From IMG/VR virus record IMGVR_UViG_3300010399_000044, positions 1-56,124 of that record: a stretch of 56,124 bases of DNA, one strand, 5' to 3'. The translations under genes and the position numbers were made by a program. The notes beneath the pieces were generated by a model. That model was given only the letters and a program-made list of their open reading frames with translations, was not told where the DNA came from and searched no databases. Of the stretch, positions 6,458 through 15,844 are shown piece after piece. This DNA comes from a virus (Duplodnaviria; Caudoviricetes). The stretch's first letter is position 1, and each line of letters opens with the position of its first letter.

Positions 6458-8134
6458 ATGGGTTCGCCACCTCTTGCTCCTGCACCGGCTCACATCGTTG
6501 GCCCCACCTGGCAAAGGCTGGAAAATGGGGACTTCTATCTCCCCGAATTTACTCTGGGGGACGAGATCGTCAACTGGATGTGGAAGTATGTGGTCCAGCC
6601 TTCTGGGCCACGTGCGGGAGAGAATTTCCTTGTAACCGAGGAACAGTTCAGATTCCTACTGTGGTGGTACGCCATCGATGGTATGGGAAAGTTCATTTAC
6701 CGAAATGGTCTTCTACGCCGACTCAAGGGTTGGGGTAAGGACCCGCTTGCGGCGGCCATGGCGCTCGCAGAGCTGTGTGGTCCGGTCCAGTTCAGTCACT
6801 GGGATGAAAAGACAGGTAGGCCCGTGGGGAAGCCAAAGGCTTCGGCATGGATTCAGATCGCTGCGGTGTCCCAGGACCAGACTCGTAACACGTTCACCCT
6901 TTTTCCGGCTATGGCCTCCAAGGTCATGAAGGAAGAGTTCGGACTTGAGGTTCACAAGACCATCATCTATTCGCGTGCGGGTGGGATGATCGAGTCGGTA
7001 ACGTCAAGTCCGCTTGCTCTTGAGGGCAAGCGTCCAACCTTCGTCATCAAGAATGAGACCCAGTGGTGGATCGAATCCAATCAGGGTCTTGAAATGGCCA
7101 ACATCATCCGAGGTAACGTCACCAAGGGTGCTTACGGCACGTGTCGTTCTCTGTCGATCTGCAATGCTCACCGTCCTGGTGAGGAATCGGATGCGGAACG
7201 GGACTGGGACGCGTGGCAGCAGCAGCAAGCAGGTGAGGCTGTAAAGACCGGTTTCCTCTACGATGCACTTGAAGCTCCTGCGGACACACCAGTCGGTGAA
7301 ATCGCTGAGCTGATGGAAGACGAAGAGGCGTACCTAGCAGCCATTCAGCGGCTCCGTGAGGGCCTGGAAATCTGCAAGGGTGACGCGGACTGGCTAGACA
7401 CGGACACGATCGTAGAATCGATCCTGGACGTGCGTGAAGACGTCACGGAGTCACGACGCAAGTTCCTGAACCAGATCAACGCAGCCGAAGATGCTTGGGT
7501 GTCTCCACGAGAATGGGACAAGTGCCTGGGTGTCAAGCTGGAACCGCTCCGTCCTGGTGACCGTATCACCATGGGATTCGATGGTAGTAAGTCCTCGGAC
7601 TGGACAGCCCTGGTGGCGTGTCGAGTAGAAGACGCGGCTATCTTCCCCATCAAGATTTGGAATCCGGAGAAGTACGGCGGTGAGGTTCCTCGCGAGGATG
7701 TGAACAACACGGTGGACTGGGCATTCGCTCAGTATGATGTCGTGGGATTCAGGTCTGACGTCAAGGAATTCGAATCGTATGTTGATGCCTGGGGTGCTGC
7801 GTATGGAAAGAAGCTGAAGCTCAAGGCAACAGCCAAGCACCCAGTTGCGTATGATATGCGTTCCAACATCAAGGCGTTCACACTCGATTGCGAGCGCTTC
7901 CAGGATGCGGTTCTTGAACAAGAACTGGTCCACAACGGCGACGTCGCGCTTCGACGGCACGTGTTGAACGCCATCCGGCGTCCAAACAACTTTGGGATCT
8001 CCATCAGTAAGGCTACCAAGGACTCATCGCGGAAGATTGATGCGGCAGTCTGTGCGGTGCTTGCTTTCGGAGCCCGACAGGAGTTCCTTATGAGTAAGTC
8101 GAATAAGAAGAAGGGAGTTGCAATCCTGCGATGA
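6458..8134 (+). CDS. terminase large subunit
   Basis: RRLKGWGKDP Walker A, NETQWW, GFDGSKSSDWT, KIDAAVCAVLA. Confidence 0.97.
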   Translation: MGSPPLAPAPAHIVGPTWQRLENGDFYLPEFTLGDEIVNWMWKYVVQPSGPRAGENFLVTEEQFRFLLWWYAIDGMGKFIYRNGLLRRLKGWGKDPLAAAMALAELCGPVQFSHWDEKTGRPVGKPKASAWIQIAAVSQDQTRNTFTLFPAMASKVMKEEFGLEVHKTIIYSRAGGMIESVTSSPLALEGKRPTFVIKNETQWWIESNQGLEMANIIRGNVTKGAYGTCRSLSICNAHRPGEESDAERDWDAWQQQQAGEAVKTGFLYDALEAPADTPVGEIAELMEDEEAYLAAIQRLREGLEICKGDADWLDTDTIVESILDVREDVTESRRKFLNQINAAEDAWVSPREWDKCLGVKLEPLRPGDRITMGFDGSKSSDWTALVACRVEDAAIFPIKIWNPEKYGGEVPREDVNNTVDWAFAQYDVVGFRSDVKEFESYVDAWGAAYGKKLKLKATAKHPVAYDMRSNIKAFTLDCERFQDAVLEQELVHNGDVALRRHVLNAIRRPNNFGISISKATKDSSRKIDAAVCAVLAFGARQEFLMSKSNKKKGVAILR

Positions 8135-9534
8135 GTGAATACGACAAGACAGTAGACGATCTGGTCAATGCGCTAAACGGCCGAAAGGGCCGGCTCAAAG
8201 AAAACCAGGCGTACTACGAGTCCGAATACCGACTCAAGGCGCTGGGTTTGTCAACCCCTCCTGAGCTTCGACACATGACGGCCGCTATTGGTTGGCCCCG
8301 AATGTATCTTGACAGTCTCGAAGAGAGGCTGGACCTGGAAGATTTCCGCAATGCGGATCAGGCTGAAGTCGATGAGCGTCTGCGCTCGTGGTGGCAGGCC
8401 AACTTCCTTGACGCAGAATCAGGTTTGGGTCACCTGGAAGCAATGATCCATGGCGTTGCTTATATCACGGTTGCCGCCCCTGGCGACGACGATGACAACC
8501 CGGACATCCCGATTATCCGCGTGGAGTCCCCGTTCAATTTCATCGCGAAGCAGAACAAGCGCACCAAAAAGCTGGACGAAGGTCTTCGTCTGTACAAGCA
8601 TCCCACCATTCCCAAGGAGGATATGGCTACGCTGCTCCTGCCCGACAGGACTGTGTACCTAGCCCGTGGTGGACCGTTTGCACAGTGGAAGGTTGACGAG
8701 GTTATCCAGCATGATCTCGACCGTGTGTTGGCCACCCAGTTGGTGAACCGAGAACGACTGACCGAGTCCTACGGCAAGTCCGAGATCACCCCTGAGCTTC
8801 GTTCGGCAACGGATGCTGCTTCACGGATCATGATGAACCTTCAGACTGCCTCCGAACTAATGGCGATTCCACAGCGTGTGCTCTTTGGTATCGACCGAGA
8901 CGAACTACCTACAGACCCTGACAATCCAGGTGCGGCCATGGAAGCATACATGGCACGTATCCTGGCGTTCGAGAATGAGAACGGCAAGGGTATGCAATTT
9001 TCTGCTGCGGATCTGCGGAACTTTACCGAGTCCCTCCAGGAACTGGCCAAGCAGGTAGCCTCGTACACAGGTCTTCCACCACAGTATCTGTCGTTCTCTT
9101 CGGAGAACCCGGCAAGTGCTGAGGCAATCAAGTCGGCAGAGTCCCGTTTGGTCAAGAAGACCGAGCGCAAGGCCCGCATGTTCGGACAAGCATGGGAAGA
9201 CACCATGCGTCTGGGGATGCTGGTCATGGACGGTTCGATTCCGAAGGATGCTTACCAGCTCGAATCGGTATGGCGTGATCCTTCGACTCCTACCTTCGCG
9301 GCTAAGTCTGATGGTGTTGTCAAGCTTCAGCAGGCTGGAATCATCCCGGTTGAACAGGCTCGTATCGAGATGGGTTACTCGGATGTCCAGCGCAAGCAAA
9401 TGCGTGAGTGGGATAAGGATGACCCCGTAGCCCAGATGAACGCCTTGCTGCTTGATGGTACTGCGAAGACCAATGAGCAGATTGGCAAGGTTGATCCTAA
9501 TGCTGCTAACCCAGCTTCACAAAAGACAGCGTAG
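8131..9534 (+). CDS. portal protein (SPP1 gp6/L5 gp14-like)
   Basis: YGKSEI, ASYTGLPPQYL, NPASAEAI, WRDPSTPT; follows the terminase. Confidence 0.95.
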   Translation: MSEYDKTVDDLVNALNGRKGRLKENQAYYESEYRLKALGLSTPPELRHMTAAIGWPRMYLDSLEERLDLEDFRNADQAEVDERLRSWWQANFLDAESGLGHLEAMIHGVAYITVAAPGDDDDNPDIPIIRVESPFNFIAKQNKRTKKLDEGLRLYKHPTIPKEDMATLLLPDRTVYLARGGPFAQWKVDEVIQHDLDRVLATQLVNRERLTESYGKSEITPELRSATDAASRIMMNLQTASELMAIPQRVLFGIDRDELPTDPDNPGAAMEAYMARILAFENENGKGMQFSAADLRNFTESLQELAKQVASYTGLPPQYLSFSSENPASAEAIKSAESRLVKKTERKARMFGQAWEDTMRLGMLVMDGSIPKDAYQLESVWRDPSTPTFAAKSDGVVKLQQAGIIPVEQARIEMGYSDVQRKQMREWDKDDPVAQMNALLLDGTAKTNEQIGKVDPNAANPASQKTA

Positions 9535-10294
9535 TATCTCAGCCCGCGTAATGCGGCTGATGCTACAGGTACTCCTCCCGTTCTTGTTCATTCCACTCAC
9601 TTCGCAGGTGTGGTCTGACATCGTGCAAAGCATTTTCCCTCTGGTCAACCAAGCCCGGACGGAAAGTGCTTTGCTTGCGCGGGAGTACTACGATACACAG
9701 CGGAAGAACCACACAGGTGATGACGACAGGTTCGACATCGATCTTCCGTCGTATGAATACGACTGGTTCTACGAAGCAATGTTCCCGTCGAAGAAGGCGT
9801 TTCAGTCAGGTAACACCAGCTTGGGCCAAGCGGTCCAGGCTGGGTTCCGGGCTGTCAAGGAAGTAGAGAATGGTGGTCGAAGGACTATCCGGAACGCAGT
9901 CGAACAAGACGGTTCCGCACTGGGTTGGGCTCGTGTGGCAACGGGCCGTGAGACCTGTGGTTTCTGTTTGATGTTGGTGTCACGAGGTCCGGTCTACCAG
10001 TCCGCAGAGTCGGCTGGTCTGAACACGGACGACACAACCGCCCTTGACATCCTGGACGAGAACGACACAGAAGCGTTCAACGAGCTGATGACCAGGTTCC
10101 ATCCAAATTGTGACTGCAAGGTTGTTCCGGTCTTCGACCGGATGGACTGGCAGGGCAGGGATGATTACCTCGCAGCCAGGGACACATGGATTGAAACCAC
10201 TAAGGGCCTCTCCGGGCGGGATGCTCTTAATGCGTTTCGCCGTGCTATCGAAGACAACCAAGTCGATCCAGAAGAGTTTGCAGTAGTCAGGTAG
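9500..10294 (+). CDS. MuF-like minor head protein (usually annotated capsid maturation protease in Cluster A)
   Basis: WARVATGRETCGFCLMLVSRGPVY, FHPNCDCKVVPVF; start approximate. Confidence 0.85.
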   Translation: MLLTQLHKRQRSISARVMRLMLQVLLPFLFIPLTSQVWSDIVQSIFPLVNQARTESALLAREYYDTQRKNHTGDDDRFDIDLPSYEYDWFYEAMFPSKKAFQSGNTSLGQAVQAGFRAVKEVENGGRRTIRNAVEQDGSALGWARVATGRETCGFCLMLVSRGPVYQSAESAGLNTDDTTALDILDENDTEAFNELMTRFHPNCDCKVVPVFDRMDWQGRDDYLAARDTWIETTKGLSGRDALNAFRRAIEDNQVDPEEFAVVR

Positions 10295-10295
10295 A

Positions 10296-10335
10296 TCGGC
10301 CTGGAGCCGATCCCAACAACATCCCCAGGAGGGAT
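10296..10335 (+). promoter_or_regulatory. twin hairpins with complementary loops (CCTGG/CCAGG) covering the scaffold RBS
   Basis: ATCGGC-CTGGA-GCCGAT and ATCCC-CAGGA-GGGAT directly before ATG 10338. Confidence 0.5.
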
Positions 10336-10337
10336 TC

Positions 10338-10835
10338 ATGTCCGACGACAACAAGTCCGCCACGACCGACACCGGCACCCAGGGTAACACCGCTGAGCTT
10401 CCGGAATGGGGTCGTCGGGCTATTGCTGAGGCTAACGCCGAAGCTGCCAGGTACCGAATCAAGGCCCAGACTGCTGCCGATGAGGCTAAGGCTGCGGCCA
10501 AGGCTGAATACGATGCGCAGCTCCAGGCTTTGGCCCAGGAGAAGACCTCCATTATGGGGGAACGTGATAACGCGGTGACCGGGCTTACCAAGCTCAAGGT
10601 CGCCATTGCGGCTGATGTTCCGGGTGAACAGGCCGTGGCTTTTGCAGATTTGCTCAAGGGAAGCACTGAGGATGAGCTGAACGCACACGCGAAGCAGCTC
10701 AAGGAGATGTTCGGTACTCCTGCCGGAAGGCAGCGTGCGACCGATCGTTCCCAGAGTGCGGGTGGTAACGCAAGTGGCGTGAAGACCCCGGCTGAGCTGT
10801 TTGCCGACATGGTCCAAAGTAATCTCAAGAAGTAA
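10338..10835 (+). CDS. capsid scaffolding protein
   Basis: LPEW...EAARYR coiled coil, LKGSTEDEL, TDRSQ; precedes the major capsid gene. Confidence 0.88.
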   Translation: MSDDNKSATTDTGTQGNTAELPEWGRRAIAEANAEAARYRIKAQTAADEAKAAAKAEYDAQLQALAQEKTSIMGERDNAVTGLTKLKVAIAADVPGEQAVAFADLLKGSTEDELNAHAKQLKEMFGTPAGRQRATDRSQSAGGNASGVKTPAELFADMVQSNLKK

Positions 10836-10847
10836 GGAAACGCCGAA

Positions 10848-11846
10848 ATGGCAATGATCAATGAGCTTGCTCCGAATACTACCAACGACCACCAGGGTCG
10901 TCTTGCGTATGTTCCGGATGACCTTCTGCCCCCAGAGATCGTAGGGGCTATTTTCGAGCAGGCGCAGGAGACTTCGCTTGTTCTCCGTCTGGGTGAGCGT
11001 ATCCCCGTCTCGTACGGTGAGACCGTTATCCCGATCCAGACGAAGCGTCCTGAGGTTGGCCAGGTTGGTACTGGTACGACCAACGCGCTCCGAGAGGGTG
11101 GCACCAAGCCACTGTCGGGTGTTGCGTGGGATACCCAGTCCTTCAGCCCAATCAAGCTGGCCACGATCGTGACCGTGTCCGAGGAGTTTGCTCGTACCAA
11201 CCCACAGGGTTTCTACAGCAAGATTCAGTCGGATATGGCTCTCGCGATCGGGCGTGGTATCGACCTCGCGGTCTTCCACGGTAAGCAGCCTCTGACTGGT
11301 GGTGCCCTGTCGGGTATCACGTCTACCAACGTTCTCAACAACACCACTAACGTGGTCAACCTGGACACCGTGCCAGGTCCTGGGAACCTGTATGACGAGC
11401 TGATCGCGGGCTACGAGATGATCGACCCCGAGACGGACTTCGATGGTTGGGCTGTTGACACCCGATTCCGTGCACGCCTGATTCGTGAGGGTGCCGAGCG
11501 CGATGCGAACGGTAACCTGGTGAACCCGGCTGGGATCAACTTCAATGGTACCCGAGGCAACATCCTCGGCTTCCCTGCGGAGTATGGTAAGGCTGTCAAG
11601 GGTGACCTGGGTGCGGCTACGGCCAGCACTACCCAGATCATTGGTGGAGACTTCTCGCAGCTCCGATGGGGCTTCGCGGACGAGGTCCGAATCAAGATTT
11701 CGGATCAGGCCACACTGACTGATGGCGTTTCCAGCATCTCCATGTGGCAGACCAACCAGATTGCCCTGCTGATCGAGGTCACCTTCGGTTGGATCGTGGG
11801 TAACCTGGACGGCTTCGTGAAGTTCACGAACCCATCGGGTAGCTAA
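10848..11846 (+). CDS. major capsid protein (HK97 fold)
   Basis: PIKLATIVTVSEEFAR, GGDFSQL, SMWQTNQIALLIEVTFGW (L5 gp17-like). Confidence 0.97.
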   Translation: MAMINELAPNTTNDHQGRLAYVPDDLLPPEIVGAIFEQAQETSLVLRLGERIPVSYGETVIPIQTKRPEVGQVGTGTTNALREGGTKPLSGVAWDTQSFSPIKLATIVTVSEEFARTNPQGFYSKIQSDMALAIGRGIDLAVFHGKQPLTGGALSGITSTNVLNNTTNVVNLDTVPGPGNLYDELIAGYEMIDPETDFDGWAVDTRFRARLIREGAERDANGNLVNPAGINFNGTRGNILGFPAEYGKAVKGDLGAATASTTQIIGGDFSQLRWGFADEVRIKISDQATLTDGVSSISMWQTNQIALLIEVTFGWIVGNLDGFVKFTNPSGS

Positions 11847-11932
11847 TTCGTAGGGTGCAGGTTCCTCTTGGCTAGAGGATTAAACAGTGATAGTCCGGGC
11901 ACGGCCTGCGCCCCACTACAAGGAGTCCGCCA

Positions 11933-12898
11933 ATGCGTGTAGCAGTTCTAGTACATTTCTATGTTCCTTTTCGATGTGCGGGCTCCGAAACGATGCTCCA
12001 CTCCATGACGAAGGAACTCCTTGCGGCAGGCCATGAAGTCGTGGTCTTCGCTACGGTGATGCCAGAAGCCCCGGTACATTATGAGTACGAGGGTGTAGAG
12101 GTTATCGTCACCAATATCATCTACGCACGACAGAACATCATGACATGGAAGCCTGATGTCATCATCACCCACCATGACAACACGATCCGTGCGAACAACA
12201 TCGCCAAGAAGCTTGGCATTCCGTTGGTTTTCCTGTGCCACAACGACATGCACGGTGTGGAACAGGTGTTCGATCTACAGCCCGAGTTCGTGGTGTTCAA
12301 CTCGGAATGGCTGAAATACAAGTTGGAACGCCTGGGGATGCGTTCCATGATTGTGCATCCCCCTGTTTTTCCGGAGCAGCACAAGACAACCCCCGGCACC
12401 AAAGTCACTCTGGTGAACCTGAATGAGCACAAGGGTTCACAGATCCTGTATGCCCTTGCACGTCGTATGCCAGATGTAGAGTTCCTGGCAGTAGAAGGTG
12501 GTCATGGAACACAGATCATGCCACCCCCTGATCTGAACAACGTGGACTTCGTGAAGCACACAGACCAGATGCGGGATGAGGTCTGGTCACAGACCAAGAT
12601 CCTGTTGATGCCATCCTTCTACGAGTCGTACGGCATGGTTGGGGTCGAGGCGAATGCCTCGGGGATTCCGGTTATCTGTAATCCGACTCCAGGTCTTCTG
12701 GAGTCGCAGGGCCCCGACGGGATCTTTGTCGACCGTGATGATCTGGACATGTATGAATCCGAAATCCGACGACTCTTGCAACCACAGGAGTGGGAAGCAG
12801 CTTCCAAGCTTGCTCTGAAGAGGTCGGCAGAACTAGACCCCAAGGTCGAAATGACGGCCTGGGTCAACGAACTCGAAAGGCTGGTCGATGGGAGTTAA
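11933..12898 (+). CDS. glycosyltransferase, GT-B/GT4 family
   Basis: AGSE..LH...KELL.AGHEV, HKG, LMPSFYESYGMVGVEANASGIPVI (EX7E). Confidence 0.92.
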   Translation: MRVAVLVHFYVPFRCAGSETMLHSMTKELLAAGHEVVVFATVMPEAPVHYEYEGVEVIVTNIIYARQNIMTWKPDVIITHHDNTIRANNIAKKLGIPLVFLCHNDMHGVEQVFDLQPEFVVFNSEWLKYKLERLGMRSMIVHPPVFPEQHKTTPGTKVTLVNLNEHKGSQILYALARRMPDVEFLAVEGGHGTQIMPPPDLNNVDFVKHTDQMRDEVWSQTKILLMPSFYESYGMVGVEANASGIPVICNPTPGLLESQGPDGIFVDRDDLDMYESEIRRLLQPQEWEAASKLALKRSAELDPKVEMTAWVNELERLVDGS

Positions 12899-13076
12899 GA
12901 TCCGAAGTAGCAACGGCGTGGTCGTAGAGGCGTCTGAGAGCAACGCTAAGCGCCTAGTAGAGCAATCCGGGTGGCATTACCTCAAAGAGGTGCCCGAGTC
13001 CGTACAGACGATCTCAGGGCCTGTTACGCCCAAGAAGCGGGGTCGTCCCCCCAAGCAGAAGGAAACCGATGACTAA
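12888..13076 (+). CDS. small head-region protein (L5 gp18-like) with AT-hook-like KKRGRPPK tail
   Basis: KIRS.NG.VVE....A.RL...GW; position; GAAAGG RBS. Confidence 0.65.
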   Translation: MGVKIRSSNGVVVEASESNAKRLVEQSGWHYLKEVPESVQTISGPVTPKKRGRPPKQKETDD

Positions 13077-13290
13077 GACTGCGCCCATTACGGGCTACCG
13101 CGACCTATCCGATGAGGAGCTTCGCATCGCGAACGAGCTGAAGGAGCTGGCATCCCTTGTGGGTGACCATGTCGAAGCCGTGTTCGCCCGTGAAGACACC
13201 GATAAGCGTTGGGCTGCTATTGCCCGAACCGATCTTCAGACCGGATTCATGGCACTGATCCGTTCGGTGCTGCGTCCGACTACGTTCTAA
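13069..13290 (+). CDS. acb2: Acb2-like cyclic-nucleotide sponge (anti-CBASS)
   Basis: ITGYRDLSDEE..N.LKEL...RWAAIARTDLQTGFMALIRSV..P.TF matches recalled Acb2 (IKGYRDLSQEE...[27 protein letters not shown]). Confidence 0.85.
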   Translation: MTKTAPITGYRDLSDEELRIANELKELASLVGDHVEAVFAREDTDKRWAAIARTDLQTGFMALIRSVLRPTTF

Positions 13291-13299
13291 GGAGTTTCA

Positions 13300-13722
13300 G
13301 TGGCCTATGCAACACCACAGGATGTAGTAGACCGCTTGGGCAGGCCACTGGAAGCCGGGGAGACCACGATTGTCCAGACTCGTCTGAACGACGTGGAACT
13401 CATCATCCGTAATCGACTTCCTGATCTGGATACCCTGGTGGCAGACGGAACCCTGGATGTCGAAGTCGTTATCATGGTGGAAGCCGAAGCAATTCTTAGG
13501 CTGATCCGAAACCCAGAGGGGTACACCGCTGAAACAGATGGCAACTACTCCTATCAGATCAGTGTCAAGGTCGCGTCGGGTCGTATCGATATCCTCGCGT
13601 CCGAGTGGGCTCTACTGGGTGTGCGTGCGGGAGCTTATGTCATCCGGCCATACATCGGTCCTTACCCAGGACGCTGTTACCCGCCGTACCCATGGGAAGA
13701 TATTGGGAGTTGGCCAACATGA
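13300..13722 (+). CDS. head-to-tail adaptor
   Basis: MAYATPQDV..RLGRPL, VEAEAILRLIRNPEGY..ETDGNYSY. Confidence 0.9.
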   Translation: MAYATPQDVVDRLGRPLEAGETTIVQTRLNDVELIIRNRLPDLDTLVADGTLDVEVVIMVEAEAILRLIRNPEGYTAETDGNYSYQISVKVASGRIDILASEWALLGVRAGAYVIRPYIGPYPGRCYPPYPWEDIGSWPT

Positions 13723-14072
13723 GCCTTCTAGACACCGGGCGAGAGACCGTAATCATCTTCCAAGAGATCGAGACTATCGACTCGGATGGAAACACAATCA
13801 CCAAGGCAGGTCCAGTAGGAGTAGAGACTATCGCAGCCGTTCAGTTGGCTGCGCAATCCGGTACTTCTGCGAGGCGTGCCGAGCAGGACAACGAGGGTTT
13901 CGAGTCGGAACAGGTTTACCGTCTCAGGCTTCCGAGGTCCTTCCCATTCTTGATCGGGGCCCAGGCCCAGGTCGAGTGGTTGGGTGTGAGGTGGTCCATC
14001 ATCGGTAAGCCTCGTAGGTACAACGGTTCCAACAACACGGCCCACACCGATTATATCATCAGGCGCAACTAA
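13719..14072 (+). CDS. head-to-tail stopper
   Basis: MSLLD..., SGTSARRAEQDNEGFESEQVYRLR; ATGA overlap at 13719. Confidence 0.88.
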   Translation: MSLLDTGRETVIIFQEIETIDSDGNTITKAGPVGVETIAAVQLAAQSGTSARRAEQDNEGFESEQVYRLRLPRSFPFLIGAQAQVEWLGVRWSIIGKPRRYNGSNNTAHTDYIIRRN

Positions 14073-14073
14073 C

Positions 14074-14379
14074 ATGGTCAAGATCAGATTGATCGGACGA
14101 AAGGCCATGAACAAGATTATCGCCCCGCAACCCGAAGTACAGTCCGAAGTGCGTAAGCAGGCAAACCGCCTGGCCAAGATTGCTGAAGGCAGGTTGGCAG
14201 CACACCGCAGGACCGGCGACCACAAGATCGTGACCGAAAAGAGGGTGTCCATGAAGTATGGATTCCTGGATTACCTGATCTCCATGGAAGGTTCTGCCCC
14301 CATGAGTGTCGAGTTCGGTCACCGCAATCATCGTGGCGGTTATGTCCACGGCCTGTACATCATGACCAGCCTACTGTAA
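14074..14379 (+). CDS. neck/tail completion protein (L5 gp21-like)
   Basis: MSVEFGH...GLYIMT; synteny. Confidence 0.75.
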   Translation: MVKIRLIGRKAMNKIIAPQPEVQSEVRKQANRLAKIAEGRLAAHRRTGDHKIVTEKRVSMKYGFLDYLISMEGSAPMSVEFGHRNHRGGYVHGLYIMTSLL

Positions 14380-14388
14380 GGAGGAGAA

Positions 14389-14805
14389 TTGCCCGTAGTT
14401 CGCGATATGCCTCGAATTCAAGCAGTGGTAATCCCTCTCCTGAAGGCACGGCTTGATCCTAGTGTGACCATCGGTTCCTGGATGAGGGATGTAGACCACG
14501 ACCGAACATGGCCCGTGATCAATGTTCGCCGTCTCGGCGGTCTTCCACGAGATCCCCAGCGTCTGGATCGTCCGGTTGTGGAACTCACTGTTTATCACGA
14601 TCAGGGGATTGTCCCTGCCGAAGACCTGTGGTTGGACGCACGCACAGTCCTGTATGAGGCGTGGCTGGCACAGACTGTTGTTACCGGGGTTGGTTATATC
14701 CACTCGTATTTCGAGACGTTTGGCCCTTCCCAGTTCGATTCACCGTTCGATGATACATGGCGCATTCAGGGACTGATCCAACTTGGTCTCCGACCGCATA
14801 ATTAG
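14389..14805 (+). CDS. tail terminator
   Basis: MPRIQAVVIPLL, NVRRLGG, QFDSPF.DTWRIQGLIQLGLRP. Confidence 0.88.
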   Translation: MPVVRDMPRIQAVVIPLLKARLDPSVTIGSWMRDVDHDRTWPVINVRRLGGLPRDPQRLDRPVVELTVYHDQGIVPAEDLWLDARTVLYEAWLAQTVVTGVGYIHSYFETFGPSQFDSPFDDTWRIQGLIQLGLRPHN

Positions 14806-14822
14806 ATGAGGAGTAAGCAAGA

Positions 14823-15401
14823 ATGGCAGAAAATGATGTCGCCGTAATCACACCGGCAAGGGGTTATATCTTCCTTGCCGCGACGGGAACGGCACGACCA
14901 ACCCCTGGTGCGATCGACTCGTTCGATCCTACCGTTGGGCTTTCGGGTTGGGTTTCGATTGGGCACACAGCCCGTGACGAACTCCCAACCTTCGGGTTTG
15001 ATGGTGGTGACACCGAAGTCAAGGGCACTTGGCAGAACGCCTCGCTCCGTGAGGTTGTGACCGAGGTTGCCTCCGACTTTGTCACGTTCAACTGCCACCA
15101 GTTTGACGAGACTGTTCTAGGCCTGTACTACTCCGTGGCCGATGGTGGGTCTACCGAGGGTGTCTTCGAGGTGCAGAGTGCACCGACCACACCAATCGAG
15201 AAGGCTATCGTCATCGTCATCATGGATGGTACGACCAATATTGCCATGTGGGCGTCCAAGGTTTCCATTCGTCGTGAAGACGCGATGGAACTCGCAATCG
15301 ATGAGTTCGCGTTCATGCCACTGCGTGCGACGTTCCTGAAGAACTCTACCGATCCGCTTCTGGCATGGGTGTCTGCCGACACCGGAGTTAACCACTCCTA
15401 A
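14823..15401 (+). CDS. major tail protein
   Basis: MAENDVAV, IGHT.R.ELP.FGFDGGD.EVKG.WQ, QFDE..L.LYY (L5 gp23-like). Confidence 0.93.
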   Translation: MAENDVAVITPARGYIFLAATGTARPTPGAIDSFDPTVGLSGWVSIGHTARDELPTFGFDGGDTEVKGTWQNASLREVVTEVASDFVTFNCHQFDETVLGLYYSVADGGSTEGVFEVQSAPTTPIEKAIVIVIMDGTTNIAMWASKVSIRREDAMELAIDEFAFMPLRATFLKNSTDPLLAWVSADTGVNHS

Positions 15402-15405
15402 TCGG

Positions 15406-15490
15406 TAAGGGGAGCACGGTTCCTGGCGGACCCGCCGTGCTCCCCTTTTTTCTCTGGGTCCACCATCATACTTCGAAAGGGTTCGCCATG
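15406..15490 (+). terminator. terminator-like hairpin whose loop can pair with downstream sequences including the chaperone RBS region
   Basis: AAGGGGAGCACGG/CCGTGCTCCCCTT + T tract; loop TGGCGGACCC is complementary to GGGTCCACCA and to GGGTTCGCCA(TG). Confidence 0.65.
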
Positions 15491-15844
15491 AGTAACACCT
15501 TCAGCCTGGACGATCTGAACCAGGCCATCGAGACCAAGTACGCCCCATTCTGCTTCTCGGCGAATGGCTACACCTACGAGCTTCGACAGCTCCTCCGACT
15601 CGCCTCGTCTGAGCGAGCCGTTGTTGTCACACTCCTCAAGGATCTGGAAGCCATGAGCAGCGAAGACCCAGACGAGGAAGAGATTCTGGATCTCATCGAG
15701 TCGCTTCTGTCTGTGATCACGGCCAACCGCAAGGGTGACGAGCTGATCACCATCCTGGGTCACGATTTGATTCGGGTCAAGATGCTGATGGAAATGTGGA
15801 TGGAGGCGACCCAGGCGGGGGAAGCATCGCCCTCGCCCGCCTAA
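15488..15844 (+). CDS. tail assembly chaperone (gpG)
   Basis: MSNTFSLDDL...KYAP; ends ATQAGEASPSPA. Confidence 0.9.
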   Translation: MSNTFSLDDLNQAIETKYAPFCFSANGYTYELRQLLRLASSERAVVVTLLKDLEAMSSEDPDEEEILDLIESLLSVITANRKGDELITILGHDLIRVKMLMEMWMEATQAGEASPSPA

